The position numbers and the translations under genes were made by a program. Shown here in pieces: positions 23,707 to 36,374 of a DNA stretch of 64,000 nucleotides (within the stretch, counting starts at the first letter, position 1; every line of letters starts with the position of its first letter). Under the pieces are notes generated by a model. The model did not search any database. It saw only the letters and a program-made list of their open reading frames with translations, and had not been told where the DNA came from. Source of the stretch: Eledone cirrhosa (lineage: Eukaryota); contig OZ024740.1 in the NCBI GenBank assembly GCA_964016885.1, positions 254,510,001 to 254,574,000 of the forward strand. Direction: 5' to 3'.

Positions 23707-26700
23707 TCATGGATTCTGTAATCGGCCTTTCGCAGCGCTCAGCGTCGGCCACCGAGAATTGTGGCAAGCCATCGAGGTAGGGACTGAAGTCCGCCACCGT
23801 CTCTGACCCGTCACTTCTCCCGAACAATTGAACAAAATGTTGGCGAAGGCCTCACACATCCGCTTAGAATCGCTCAGCTCATGTCTGTCTCGGTCCGTCA
23901 AAGACCGAATTATGGTTTTATTACCACGCTGCGCCTCTGCCACGCGGGCCTATCGAACAGCTTTGGTTCCCTCGTTTCTCAGAGCACGCGCCTTAGCTCT
24001 GACAATGCAACCTTCGTGTTTCGCATTGAAGAAATGGTCTAATGCCATTCTCGCCGCTAGCACATCTGTTGCAATACCCCTACACATAGCCTCGTCTAAC
24101 TTATCTACCAGCTCCCCCTCCTTTCTGGAAGTTGTTCATAGGCTCCTGCCCGAAAGTTCTCCCTAGTTGATTTTCGTCGACGCCCAGAGTCTCCCCAAGC
24201 ACGTCGTCGCTCTTCCCCTCCACTAATCCTCTATAGAACGCCAAGGTCGAGTTTCCACCGATCGCATTGCCCGACTGGTCGAGGGATGTGAGCGCCTCAA
24301 GGCATTCCAGTTTCCAAGCGCTCCCTCTCGGTCTTCGCTTGACCCAGGACTGCAGCTCCGTCAAGGAGACGAGCTGGGGAAAGGCGCGTCAAGCAAACGG
24401 CGACCACACCTGATCACCGTCGAAGAAGAGGTAGAGATGTCGTAGCCTGATCGCGTGTCTGCGCATCAATCAGCCATGACATTCCCAACCATCCACGTAG
24501 CGGGTGTTGACAGCAGATGGACCGCATGACCATCGGAGCGCGTCCCTTCCACAAAAAGCGAAAGAGAAAACGCTCCAGTGCAGTCAGGCGAGGCTTAGGA
24601 CAAGGTACGACGGTCAGGTAGTAGTAGATGACGGACGCGATGTACGCATTTGCCACCTCCGCTCGACCTTTCAGGGATAGCTTTCTCTCTGCCCATTTCT
24701 GGATGAGAGAAGCCACCCTGCTCGTCACCTCGTCCCAGTTTTTGTCCGTCTGGAGGTCAGGACCGAACCAGACCCCTAGCAACTTTACCGGTCCGTCCGT
24801 CCAGCGCCCGCCGACGCTGTTGGACGGCATGGACCTGCCTCTCCAGGTGCCGAGCTGCAGACCCACCGAATTTTCCGGATTGATCATTGCTCTTGTCACC
24901 GCTTCGTATTCTCTTAGTGTAGTGCCGTCGATGTGTTTGGCGTTCGACAACACTAGGGTGACATCGTCCGCATATGCTGACACGGATCTTCCGCTTCCCA
25001 GTTCGCGCGTGACCCACCTCAACGTCTCCAGTTTGTGCAGTAATGGCTCGAGAGTCAGTACGTACAACAGGGACGAGAGGGGACATCCTTGGCGGACCGA
25101 GCGCATGATGTTGAACGGTTCCAAAAGGTGACCGTTCACTCTCACCACAGAGCAGATGTCGCTGCGCATGGCTGCGATCCAGCCTCTGAAGTTGGGCCCA
25201 AAGCCAGCCGCCCTCAGAACTGCCGCCAGATAACGATGGTCGACTGGTCTAAATTGATCAAGGACCCACCCGTGCCAGGTTCCCCAGCTACCCTCTTCAC
25301 GATGCATCGCATTAGGTGGAGGTTGTCGTGGATGTATCTGTCTGGAATGGCGCATGTCTGCACCTCTCCTACCAGACCACCAACGACAAGTGCCAACATC
25401 TTTGCTAGCACCTTGGCCAAAATCTTGAACTCTGTGTTTAGCAGAGTTATGGGCCTACACTTATCTGTTATCCCCCTCGTTCGGGTCCTTTCTCAGAAGC
25501 GCTACCGTTCCTCGGCTAACAGGGCTGGAAATCCTCCTGTTCTGCTGCCAATTGCAGTAGACGTTCGCTTAGAGGTCTCCGAACAAGTTTGGCCTGTGTA
25601 CGTAAAGTTCGTAGGGCAGACCATCCAAACCAGGCGATTTACCCCTTATCCAGCCAATCACTTCCTCCCGTACTTCAGCGGCTGTTATCGGCTTTTCGCA
25701 ACACTTCGCCTCAGTGGCCTAGAGCCGCGTCAGTCCGTCGTGGTAAGCACTAAAGTCCATGCCGCGATCCGGCCCGCCGCTGCCTCCGAACAGCTGAGGG
25801 AAGTGTCGCTGAAAAGCTTCACACATTTGCCTTGCCCGGGATCGAGTAGCATGCGCCCGTCGTGGTCCGCCAAAGACGGGATCGTGGCTTTGTTACCACG
25901 ACGCGACTCCGCCACTCGGACTTATCGAACGGCTTTCGTCCCCTCGTGTCACAGCACGCACCCTAGCTCTGGCAACGCAGCCTTCATGCTTTGCATTGAA
26001 GAATTGTCGAGGGCCAATTTCGCCGCAAGCACGTCGGTCGCGATGCCTTTACTAAGCGCCTCGTCTAATGTTCTAACTAGTTCTCCCTCTGCTCTATTTT
26101 TCTCTATTGCTAACGCTTTACTAAACCTAATGGACTCTATTCTAATCGCTCTTTTCAGAGCAAACCTCCACTTGTTGTTTTCGATGGCCCCCGTCAACGG
26201 CCGCTTAACTAATTCGCTAATCCGGTCTCTGTAGGCTTTGCGCGCCGTTAACGACGCGTTTAGCTTCCAGTAGCCAGGTCCCTGTCTTTGAAGCCTATCT
26301 AAGTCAACCTCACAGATCACGAATTTGTGGTCCGTGTAGTCGACTATTTTGAAATGTGGACAGCCTATGCTAGACCTATTTATTTCCCTACAAAATACCC
26401 TATCTAGATATGATCTGGATGACCAAATGCGGTTTGTCCATGTCCACATTGGCACATTCGGGAAATCCAGATGGTACCTGTCAGACAGTTGAAACCGTCT
26501 GAGCAGGTTTGCGAGGCTTTTACACCCTCATCCCCTATCCGCTAATCCCACACAGTCCCAGCGTGCATCTAAGATCCCGTTCCAGTCGCCCACTAACACT
26601 AAAGAGCGGGACGTTCCAAGAAAGGTCTCTAGACGTCTGAAGAAATCAGGCCGCCCTGCTCCTGTCGGGGCATAGACGATCACTAGCCTGAAAGCTTGCT

Positions 26701-29115
26701 CGTCTCCGCTGGTCACGTCCAGTACCACCAACTTACCTTCTGGGTCCAGGAAGATGGCCCGTATGGCGAGTTCCGAAAAAGCACAACAACTCCTCCCCCC
26801 GATCCAGGACGGCTGGGAGATGCGTACACATCGTAGCCGCCGAAGATCGGTGCGAAGGCTCATGCTTCGGAGATTCTGCTCTCGCTGATGGCCACCATAT
26901 CTATGTTTAGTGACCTGAGGTCGTTGAGCAAGTAGCCCTGCTTCCATGACGACCCCAGGCCACGCGCATTTATGCTACCTATTCTGAGTGAGGTCATTTT
27001 GAAAAGGAGTGGAAAAAGATGGGAAAGACCACTTACCTCACTTCTCGTAGAGGAAGGCTGGTTTTTCCGTCCTTCTCATTGCTTGTGGCCTCCTCAGGAA
27101 GGATGTCCTTATAAATCCTCCTGGAGAGTGCTTGTCGGAAGTCTCCGATGTCTTTGGGGAATTTTTGTTTTAGTGTCGTGTACGTTTTCTGTGTGATGCG
27201 AGTGATTTGTATGTGTGGAGGTGGTGTGAATTTTTGGGGTGTTGTGTAGTCTTTTTCTGTGATGCTGGTGTTGTGTTGGATGTAGTGTAATAATTGGTTG
27301 TTCAAATTTAATGCTGTGTAGCGTGTATCGTTTTGGTTGTTTTGTTTTGTTTGCGTTTGTTGTGGGTTTGTTTCTGTTTCGCTTGTTGGTGATTTTTGTG
27401 GTGTTGGTGAGGGTGGTATTGGGGTTAATGATGATGATGGTGTTGGTGTTTGTGGTGATGGGGCTGGTGATGCTGGTGTGGGTGGTGGCATAGCTGTCCT
27501 AACTTTTTTGTTTGTTTGTTTGTTTCACCCTGCATTTTGTTTTTGGAGGGCGAAGGAAGAGGATTTTTTTCTTTTTTGGGTTCTTTTTTTTCTTTTTTCC
27601 TGATACAGTTTCCCACTCCTCGTCGTCGTCACAATCTGTCTCCAGTTGCGAGAGGTCGGAGAGTGGAAAATGCTCCACAGGCGTTGGTTTTGTTTATGGC
27701 GTGGTGGATGGTGGAGGTGCTGGTGCTAATTCTGGCGCGGTGTGTGCTGGTGGTGTTGGTTTTGCTACTGTTGCTGGGGTTGTTGCTGCTACAGTTGCTT
27801 CTGTTGTTGTTGCTACAGTTGTTGCTGCCATTTCTGCTGCTGGTGGTTTTGATGATTGAGTCACTGGGGTGGGTAGGAGAGGTGGCCTCAACTTTTTAGC
27901 CTGAGGGCAGAAAGCCTTTAGGTGGGTTCCTTCGCCACAAACGACACACCTAGCCTTAACGATTACGGTGAGGTGGCTGCCGTCATTGAGGTCTATCACC
28001 TCTGGAATTTCCTCAATGTTTTTTTTGGTCCGCTTGGATCAGGAGCTCCACCCCAGATCCGGACCAGTTCTCCTGCTTTTCTTTTGTTACCTCAATTATT
28101 TTAGTGTTGGACTCGATGCCGGCGAGGACGGCAGCCATTAGCCAGGGAATTTTGATGGCTGGCGGACCGTGGGTTACCCTGATCTTCACGAGTCTCTGAC
28201 CACATTAGCTTGGGACGAGTGTGATGGGGCCATGGAGTGTAATGGGGCCATTGTGTGCTCTCTGGTTTCCTGTGGTGTTCCAAAGAACACGTCCACGGTT
28301 CCATATTTCTGCCCACGTCTGATGTGGGTTTTTTTCGCCCACACATGTCCCAAAGCTTTTTGTATCTGGGACTCGGATGCCCGTTCCACTTAGCGTGATT
28401 TTGTGTTTATCGTCCGATATGAGACGCTGCATAGGCGCCGATACTCCATTTTATTAGATGGGGGGGGGGGCTGACCCTGTACCCATCTTTTTTTACCATT
28501 CTCTTGGCTTCATTTAATTCATCCTGGCTTACCTCGATTGTTTCGCTTTTCTTGGCTGCTTTGGCAAACGACACATTTTGTTTTGCGCTGGTGTTGATGT
28601 TGTTGTTGTTATTCTTATTGTTGTTGTTGTTGCTGTTGATGTTATTGTTAGTTTTGTTATTGTTATTTTTAGTTTCAGTTGTAGTGGTGGTGGTGATGGT
28701 GTCAGTGGTGTTCGGCGTGGAAGAGTCGATTCTGGGTGAATCTATTTCGATGTCACGAGATAACAATTTATTTTTTGTTTCTGTTGTCGCTGTGGTGGTG
28801 GTGGTGGTATCAGTGGTGTTGATTGTTTTTTTGACATTGTGGTGGTGGGGGTGGCGGCTTTAACACCTGCAGTTATTGTTAATGGCGGGAAATCCATGTC
28901 TTTATGCGGCAAATCTAAATAATTGAGACTGCTATTAAATTTTCAGCGTTGGCAACCGTGGCAAGGCTTACAATGGTGTTGGTGGTGGTGGTAGGGGATG
29001 TTGGTCTGTTAAAAACAGGAGATTTGTCGTCCATGTTTTTTTTTTGAAGAAATATTTTGTTTGATAAATAAAAAGTTTAAATTTTGGGCTCAAGGCCACA
29101 ATATTATTGAGTGTC
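23707..29115 (-). mobile_element. Near full-length decayed L1/Tx1-type LINE (ORF1 plus APE-RT ORF2) fused to a fragment of a second copy
   Basis: ORF1 zinc knuckle CVVCGEGTHLKAFCP; APE VYAP, LVGDWNG, YLDR, TDHK, GPGYWKLN; RT QGCPLS, AYADD; junction at ~24120 to a pre-RT segment (23707-24120). Confidence 0.9.
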
Positions 29116-29255
29116 CTTTTCAGAAAGCATTATATGTGAACTTATAAACACTTAACAACAAAAATTTTCCATAACTGGCAATTTCAAACAACTGAAAACA
29201 ACAAACCTTTGTGGAGCTCACGATAATACGATTTCCTACGTAGGTCGTCAATAAC

Positions 29256-29292
<37 letters not shown>

Positions 29293-29296
<4 letters not shown>

Positions 29297-29745
29297 TAAG
29301 TAGGCTCGATACAAAAATTCGAAAATTCTTAACCATGCACAGAATGCATCACCCTAAGGCAGATATAGATAGAATATATCTCCCTAGGAAAGAAGGAGGA
29401 CGTGGGTTAGTCCAGTTAGACATTGCGTTGAAAACTGCAACAATTGGATTATTTACATATCTAAGGGAATCACGTGATTGGATGATCAAACTCGTTTTGA
29501 AACACGAAAGCATCAAAAGATCATATTCCATTACAAAAGATGCACAAAGATATAGTAATGGACTACAAATTTCAGAAGTCCCATTTACTGCTGAAATGGA
29601 AAACACAGAAAAAGCAAAGCAGGTAAAAGTAACTGCAAAGAAAGAACTGCTACAGAAACTGGCTAAGAAATGGCAAGAAAAGCCTCTGTATGGAAAATAC
29701 CCAGAACGAGCTATCAATCCTGATGTTGACAATCCTGATGTTGAC
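29293..29745 (+). mobile_element. Dong family B internal fragment between (TAA)n tracts
   Basis: Nearly identical to 35064-35493 (RIYLPRKEGGRGL). Confidence 0.9.
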
Positions 29746-29770
29746 ATCTTTCAACAAAATGCTGGGAAGA

Positions 29771-29830
<60 letters not shown>

Positions 29831-30699
29831 GGGAAGAAGACGCACGAGTGACGGAGGTCATGAAATCGCTACCGTAAGTTTTGAATTTTTAACATATTTA
29901 AATCATTTGTGAAATAACAACTCTTAGTACAAATGCTACGTAAAGCACCCGGCTTGAGCCCCAAAAAATTCGGACCCAAAATATATTGTTATAAGGCTCA
30001 AATATTCAAATATTCAACTTTGTATTGTACACTGTATATCCAAAAAAAAAATGGCTATAAATGGAAGAAGAAGAACCCCCCCCTCCTCTCCTCTGGCTAC
30101 ACTATATATGACAGCTAAACTCACCAACACCAGAAACTAGATACACCACCCACCCCATCATCTGTGTACACTAAACACAACAGCATTTTCACCTTCACCG
30201 CCACCGCTCACTACGGCCATCATTACCACCACTATCCCATCACCGCCGCCACCACCCCTTGACTCCTTCACTGCTGCTGCCACCGCTACAGCACCATCAC
30301 TACAGTAATACGGTCGCATCACCGCCACCACTGCCTCGGTATCGACATCACCACCACCACTGTCTCAGTATCGCCAACGCCGCCTGTCTCTGCTGGCTGC
30401 CACTTCCACATTATAGAATTCCTACTACTAACAAAGAGGAAGGCATCAAAATATATAGATAGACTCAAAAGAAAAAAGAAAAAACAAACAACAAAACCAA
30501 AGCAGCACAGCAACAACAGCAAAAAACGAGAAAAACAAACAGAGAAAAACAAAAACAAAAAAAGAAACCCCCAAAACGTAAAGAAAATAAGAATGAAGAG
30601 AGAAGCAGGCGGACGGACAGAGAAGAGGGGGGAAAAAGTAAAACTTAAAAAACAAAAACTAAGTCAGACATTCGAATACTACATTACAATGAAACTTAT

Positions 30700-33600
30700 G
30701 CTTATTCATTTTTGGGGCCCTTTCTGCCCGTGTGTTTGTTTGTTTATGTGTGTCCGTATACAGCGTGGTGATAATGCCACACAAGGGCCAAGTGGGATGG
30801 CGGATCCACAGATGGCTATGTAAACATACATTCGCCAATCCTCGATAAGAGTGTTTAAATATCGAACATAAACAGTTCGAATAACGGTGAAATGGAGACT
30901 AGAACGTCATGTGACAGACTCTCACCCAACAGGTGCCCCCTGGCTCAGCAGCAGGAACCTGACTGTCAACCAAATACTGCTGATGTTGGAGGAAGAAGAA
31001 GAAGGAAAGGGGCCAGAACTAACTGGACGAAAGAATTGAATAGAACTGTTATGCAATGCTACCTGAAAAGTAACCCCAAGGAGAGGGGCTACAGGAGACG
31101 GATGCATAACATCTGGAACGAGATTGGTTTATTTAAATTAGATGAACAAAAATTGGCCGGGCAGGCTCGGGTAATAAGAACTAATGGGTGGATAAGCGAG
31201 CTGGAACTGGAGGAACTGAGCAGAGAGAATGGCTTGGAGATGGCGGGTGTAGTATGCCAGACAAGCGAGCCGGCGGGAAATGAAGGTGAGGAGGTCCTGA
31301 GAACGGAGGAACCACCCGAAGCAGACAATGATCTGAATACTGAGATAAATAATACCTGGAACAGAGATACGGCCACTGAGGAGATGAATGCTGACGGGCT
31401 AGGACAAGATTCGGTTGACATCCTAAATTTAGTGGTAGATGAGTTGAACAATGATAGTGGGAGACCTATGAACCTAAGATTTGTAGACAGGAAAAAGTTA
31501 AAAGAAACAACAGCTAAGGTAAACAAAGTCATCCCATACCTTGAGGCGAGGAGTCTTCACCAGTGCAACAATATCCTCAAAGCAACAGCAAATACGGTGA
31601 GGAAACTACTTGGTATAAAAGCGAGAGGAAACAACAGACAAGAAAGAGCAGAGCCGTGGTGGAAGAAGCGACTGAGTGGGCAAATCGGGGAAATGAGAAA
31701 TGACATAGGAAAGCTTGAGTCACTACTGAATGGGACACTAAAAAACATAGGCACTAAAAATAGACTGGAAATAAAATACAAAACTAGGAGTAAAAAGCTA
31801 AATATTATCATAGAGGAATTGAAGCAACGCATTGTAGCAAAGAGTGCCAAAATCAGGCGATACGAGAACAGAGTCAGTCAGTATAAACAGAACCGCATGT
31901 TCGACAACAACCAGAAGATGCTGTTTGGACAGCTTGAGGGGAAAGAAAGAGGCAACGACTTGATCCCTGGGGCGGAACAAGCTAAAACATTCTGGAGAGG
32001 AATATGGGAGCAGGATGTTAGACACAATGCCCAGGCAGGGTGGATTGAGACAGTACAGAGGGAGATCGGTGAGCAGGCACAGCAACAGACTGATTTGAGT
32101 ATCACAGTTGAAACTCTTAAGGGGCAAGCCAAAAAACTAACCAACTGGAAATCACCAGGCCCAGATGGTGTGCAGGGGTATTGGATTAAACATTTAACAT
32201 CCCTCCACCCGAAGCTGACGGCCATGTTCAATGACTGCTTGGTGTCGGGTGAGGTGCCAGAGTGGTTGACAAAAGGTACCACAGTTCTGATAATGAAAGA
32301 CCGAATCAAGGGTAATGATGTTACCAACTATAGACCTATCACATGTCTGCCCGTAATGTGGAAACTGTTGACGAGCATTGTGTCTGAGGAAATCTACCAT
32401 CACCTCCACACAAACAACTTGTTACCGGACGAACAAAAAGGATGCCGAAAGAAGTCACGTGGTACAAAGGACCAGTTGCTTATTGATAAGATGGTAATGG
32501 GGAATTGTAGGAGGAGACACACTGATCTTGCCATGGGATGGATAGACTACAGAAAGGCATTTGACATGGTGCCTCATTCCTGGATCACCAAAAGCCTGGA
32601 GATCTTCAGGGTGGCAGATAACATCAGACAGTTGCTGGGCAGGAGTATGGGGTCCTGGGAGACAGAGTTGACATCAACTGGAGTATCCTTGGGAAGCGTG
32701 AAGATCAAGAGAGGTATCTTCCAGGGAGATAGCCTGTCCCCTCTGTTGTTTGTCCTTGCCCTGATGCCCTTGACCATTATGCTGCGAAAAGTGAGAGCAG
32801 GATACAAGTTGGGAAGGGGAGAGCTTACCATCAATCACCTCCTCTTCATGGACGATCTTAAGCTCTTCGGGAAAAGTGAGAAGGAGTTGGATGTGCTTGT
32901 TGACACTGTCCGTATTTTCAGCAGTGATATATGTATGCAGTTTGGTATTGGTAAATGTGGAGTCATTGTGATGAAGAGGGGTAGGTTGAGCAGAAGTAAC
33001 GGGATCCAGATACCAACAGGTGAGATGATAAAGGAAATTGACTCTGAGGAAGGATACAAGTATTTGGGCGTTCTGGAGGCTGATGGCATAAAGAACAAAA
33101 AAATGAAGGAATTGTTAAGAACTGAATACATTCGGAGAGTAAGGAGCGTATTGAAGTCACATCTGAACAGCAGAAATGCCATAAGCGCAGTAAATTCCCG
33201 AGCTGTGTCTATTATTAGGTACAGTGCGGGAATTCTGAGATGGAATGTTGCTGAACAAAAAGAAATGGATAGGAAGACTAGGAAGCTATTGACTATCTAC
33301 AACATGTTCCACAAGAGGAGTGATTTCGATAGACTCTACCTAAGGAGATCTGAGGGTGGAAGAGGTCTTATCAGCATAGAGGACTGTGTTCAGATGGAGA
33401 AAAACAACCTATACAAATACGTGACCTATAGTAAGGAGCCAATGCTCAGAGCTGTACTGAAGGAGGGGACAGTAGGCCAGGGGATATCCAAGGAGGAAAT
33501 AACATCAAGGAGGAAGAGCAGCCTTAAGGGAAAATCCCTTCATAGTACCTTCTTTGAGAAAACTGAATTTAGAGATCCACAGACATGGAACTGGTTGAGA

Positions 33601-34360
33601 AAAGGAGACCTCAAAAAGGCTACAGAAGGAATGCTAATGGCTGCGCAGGAGCAGGCCCTCAAAACGAAGTGGTTGAAGCACCATATCTACAAGGAGGAGG
33701 CTAGCCCACTGTGCAGGATCTGTGGAGAGAGAGAGGAGACTGTGGCTCACATTGTGTCCGAGTGTAAACACCTAGCCCAGACCCACTATAAGGGCTGGAG
33801 ACACGATGTGATGGGCAGGGTGATCCACTGGCACCTGTGCAAAGTAAACAATCTACCACATTCTGAGAAATGGTATGAGCATAGGCCAGAGGCGGTGATG
33901 GAGAACAGTCAGGTGAAGGTGCTGTGGGATTTTAGGATACAGACGGACAAAAAACTGGAACACAATAGACCTGACCTGGTGGTTGTGGACAAAGAAAAAA
34001 GATCGTGCCTGATTGTGGATGTGGCCTGCCCGTTCGACACGAGAGTGCAAGAGAAGGAGAGGGAGAAAATTAACCGATACCAGGACCTAAAGTGGGAGGT
34101 GAAAAGGATTTGGAACTGCCATGAAGTCAAAGTGATCCCGATTGTCATAGGCGCACTGGGGACTATCTCCAAAGGTTTCCAGGGATGGTTAAAGAAAATC
34201 GGCCCCTTCACGCTTTTTGGAACGCTTCAAAAGGCATGCTTGCTTGGAACGGCAAGAACCCTCCGATACGTCCTGAATATCTGAGGCTGCAGGTAGTGGC
34301 TTGATATTCAATCCAACGGACTTTCCAGTTGACCAACATCAATGACTGAGATTCAAGGAA
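30700..34360 (+). mobile_element. Apparently full-length R4/Dong-type RLE non-LTR retrotransposon (family A)
   Basis: ~190-nt 5' UTR (boundary approximate), single intact ORF, short 3' UTR with hairpin AGGCTGC-AGGTA-GTGGCTT, then (AAC/AAT)n. Confidence 0.92.
30892..34284 (+). CDS. Reverse transcriptase plus CCHC finger plus restriction-like endonuclease (R4/Dong clade), 1130 aa
   Basis: [71 protein letters not shown]; no stops or frameshifts. Confidence 0.95.
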   Translation: METRTSCDRLSPNRCPLAQQQEPDCQPNTADVGGRRRRKGARTNWTKELNRTVMQCYLKSNPKERGYRRRMHNIWNEIGLFKLDEQKLAGQARVIRTNGWISELELEELSRENGLEMAGVVCQTSEPAGNEGEEVLRTEEPPEADNDLNTEINNTWNRDTATEEMNADGLGQDSVDILNLVVDELNNDSGRPMNLRFVDRKKLKETTAKVNKVIPYLEARSLHQCNNILKATANTVRKLLGIKARGNNRQERAEPWWKKRLSGQIGEMRNDIGKLESLLNGTLKNIGTKNRLEIKYKTRSKKLNIIIEELKQRIVAKSAKIRRYENRVSQYKQNRMFDNNQKMLFGQLEGKERGNDLIPGAEQAKTFWRGIWEQDVRHNAQAGWIETVQREIGEQAQQQTDLSITVETLKGQAKKLTNWKSPGPDGVQGYWIKHLTSLHPKLTAMFNDCLVSGEVPEWLTKGTTVLIMKDRIKGNDVTNYRPITCLPVMWKLLTSIVSEEIYHHLHTNNLLPDEQKGCRKKSRGTKDQLLIDKMVMGNCRRRHTDLAMGWIDYRKAFDMVPHSWITKSLEIFRVADNIRQLLGRSMGSWETELTSTGVSLGSVKIKRGIFQGDSLSPLLFVLALMPLTIMLRKVRAGYKLGRGELTINHLLFMDDLKLFGKSEKELDVLVDTVRIFSSDICMQFGIGKCGVIVMKRGRLSRSNGIQIPTGEMIKEIDSEEGYKYLGVLEADGIKNKKMKELLRTEYIRRVRSVLKSHLNSRNAISAVNSRAVSIIRYSAGILRWNVAEQKEMDRKTRKLLTIYNMFHKRSDFDRLYLRRSEGGRGLISIEDCVQMEKNNLYKYVTYSKEPMLRAVLKEGTVGQGISKEEITSRRKSSLKGKSLHSTFFEKTEFRDPQTWNWLRKGDLKKATEGMLMAAQEQALKTKWLKHHIYKEEASPLCRICGEREETVAHIVSECKHLAQTHYKGWRHDVMGRVIHWHLCKVNNLPHSEKWYEHRPEAVMENSQVKVLWDFRIQTDKKLEHNRPDLVVVDKEKRSCLIVDVACPFDTRVQEKEREKINRYQDLKWEVKRIWNCHEVKVIPIVIGALGTISKGFQGWLKKIGPFTLFGTLQKACLLGTARTLRYVLNI

Positions 34361-34370
34361 TAACAATAAC

Positions 34371-34403
<33 letters not shown>

Positions 34404-34408
<5 letters not shown>

Positions 34409-36342
34409 TATTTCCCGTTGTCAGGAGGTTTTTGTCATTCAGTATGAAGACATGGAAAACGACACTCCTTTTGAATAGTGAAACAAAATCACTGGAAGCT
34501 GGAGAAGTTAATATTAATTGTGGATTTTTTCAGGGTGACTCTTTATCACCGCTTTTATTCTGCATCGCACTTATACCATTAAGTAAAATGCTCAATGAAA
34601 CAAAACATGGATATAAAGTCTATGACAAAACCATTAATCACTTGTTCTACATGGATGACCTGAAACTATTTGCAAAAAATGATGAACAATTGCAAGGGCT
34701 ATTATCCACTGTGGAGCAGTTCAGTGATGACATTAAAATGGAGTTTGGACTAGATAAATGCGCCAAAGCAACGTTCACCAGAGGAAAGCTGCTGAAGAGT
34801 TCAGACATTAATCTTGATCGGGGGAACGTGATAAGAGAACTTGATCAAGAAAAAACTTACAAATATCTAGGTGTTTGTGAAGGAGACGGAATCAAGCACT
34901 CGACAATGAGGGAAAGGATAAAGAAGGAATGTTACCGCAGAGTAAGAGCAATCTTAAGAACGGAATTGAATGCAAGGAATAGGATCGATGCCATAAACAC
35001 GCTTGCCATACCAGTAGTAACCTACAGTTACAATGTCATCAACTGGTCAAGCACAGAGATCTGTAGGTTCGATACAAAAATTCGAAAACTCTTAACTATG
35101 CACAGAATGCATCACCCTAAGGCAGATATAGATAGAATATATCTCCCTGGGAAAGAAGGAGGACGTGGGTTAGTCCAGTTAGACATTGCATTGAAAACTG
35201 CAACAATTGGATTATTTACATATCTAAGGGAATCACGTGATTGGATGATCAAACTCGTTTTGAAACACGAAAGCATCAAAAGATCATATTCCATTACAAA
35301 AGATGCACAAAGATACAGTAATGGACTACAAATTTCAGAAGTCCCATTTACTGCTGAAATGGAAAACACAGAAAAAGCAAAGCAGGTAAAAGTAACTGCA
35401 AAGAAAGAACTGCTACAGAAACTGGCTAAGAAATGGCAAGAAAAGCCTCTGTATGGAAAATACCCAGAACGAGCTAACAATCCTGATGTTGACAAAACTT
35501 TAACCCATCAGTGGTTAGCATCCTCTGGACTGAAATCGGAGACTGAAGGACTGATTATATCAGCACAAGATCAGTGTCTGCCAACAAAAAATTACCAAGC
35601 CAACATAATAAAAAATGGATGCAGCCCATTATGCCGTGTATGCAAAAAACAACCAGAGACCATTGACCATATAATTTCAATGTGCAGTCCTATAGCTCCA
35701 ACCGAATACCTAAACAGGCATGACAGAGCTGCACAATACATACATTGGATAATGTGTAAGCATTTTGACCTGCCCCATCAAAAGAATTGGTGGGAGCATC
35801 AACCACCTCCTATACTTGAAAAAGATCACATCTCAATCTTGTGGAACTTTAGCATCTAAACAGACCGAAAAATAGATGCAAATAGACCTGATATAATATC
35901 GAAGGACTTTAAAAAGAGGGTATGCCTGCTAATTGATATGTCCGTTCCAATAGACAAGAATGTATCTATAAAAACATTTGAAAAATTGAGCAAGTATAAG
36001 GACCTGGAGATAGAAATTGGAAAAAATGTGGAAATTGAGAACTAAAACAATACCAGTGGTTGTAGGCGCTCTGGAAATGATACCTAAGGGGTCTAATGAT
36101 TACTTATCGCAAATCCCAGGAAACCCGCGTATAGGAGAAATACAAAAGATAGTACTAATGGGAACTGCCCATATACTAAGGAAGATTCTGTCAATATAAG
36201 TACATCACAAGTCTAAACACTAAAGATGCATGTGTGAGTATGTATGTTCTTTCTTGAACATAGCGGACCTTGTTGTCTCTTGAGGTCACTGGTTGTGACT
36301 TGGTGATAACTCGTATGAACATAAAGCAAGATAAATGCAACT
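34404..36342 (+). mobile_element. 5'-truncated Dong family B copy, (TAA)n on both sides
   Basis: FQGDSLSPLLF, FYMDD, CRVC..H..C, RHD, RPD; stop at 35857-35859 and frameshift near 36015. Confidence 0.92.
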
Positions 36343-36343
36343 G

Positions 36344-36371
<28 letters not shown>

Positions 36372-36374
<3 letters not shown>

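Noticed and set aside
25089-26234. 381-aa plus-strand ORF
   Set aside because: Antisense shadow of the GC-rich Tx1 ORF2; no recognisable motif.
29930-30690. Possible host exon or promoter (CAC-rich then A-rich)
   Set aside because: Resembles a decayed Tx1 5'/ORF1 low-complexity region (shares CTTGAGCCC.AAA with ~29085 minus); too degenerate to call.
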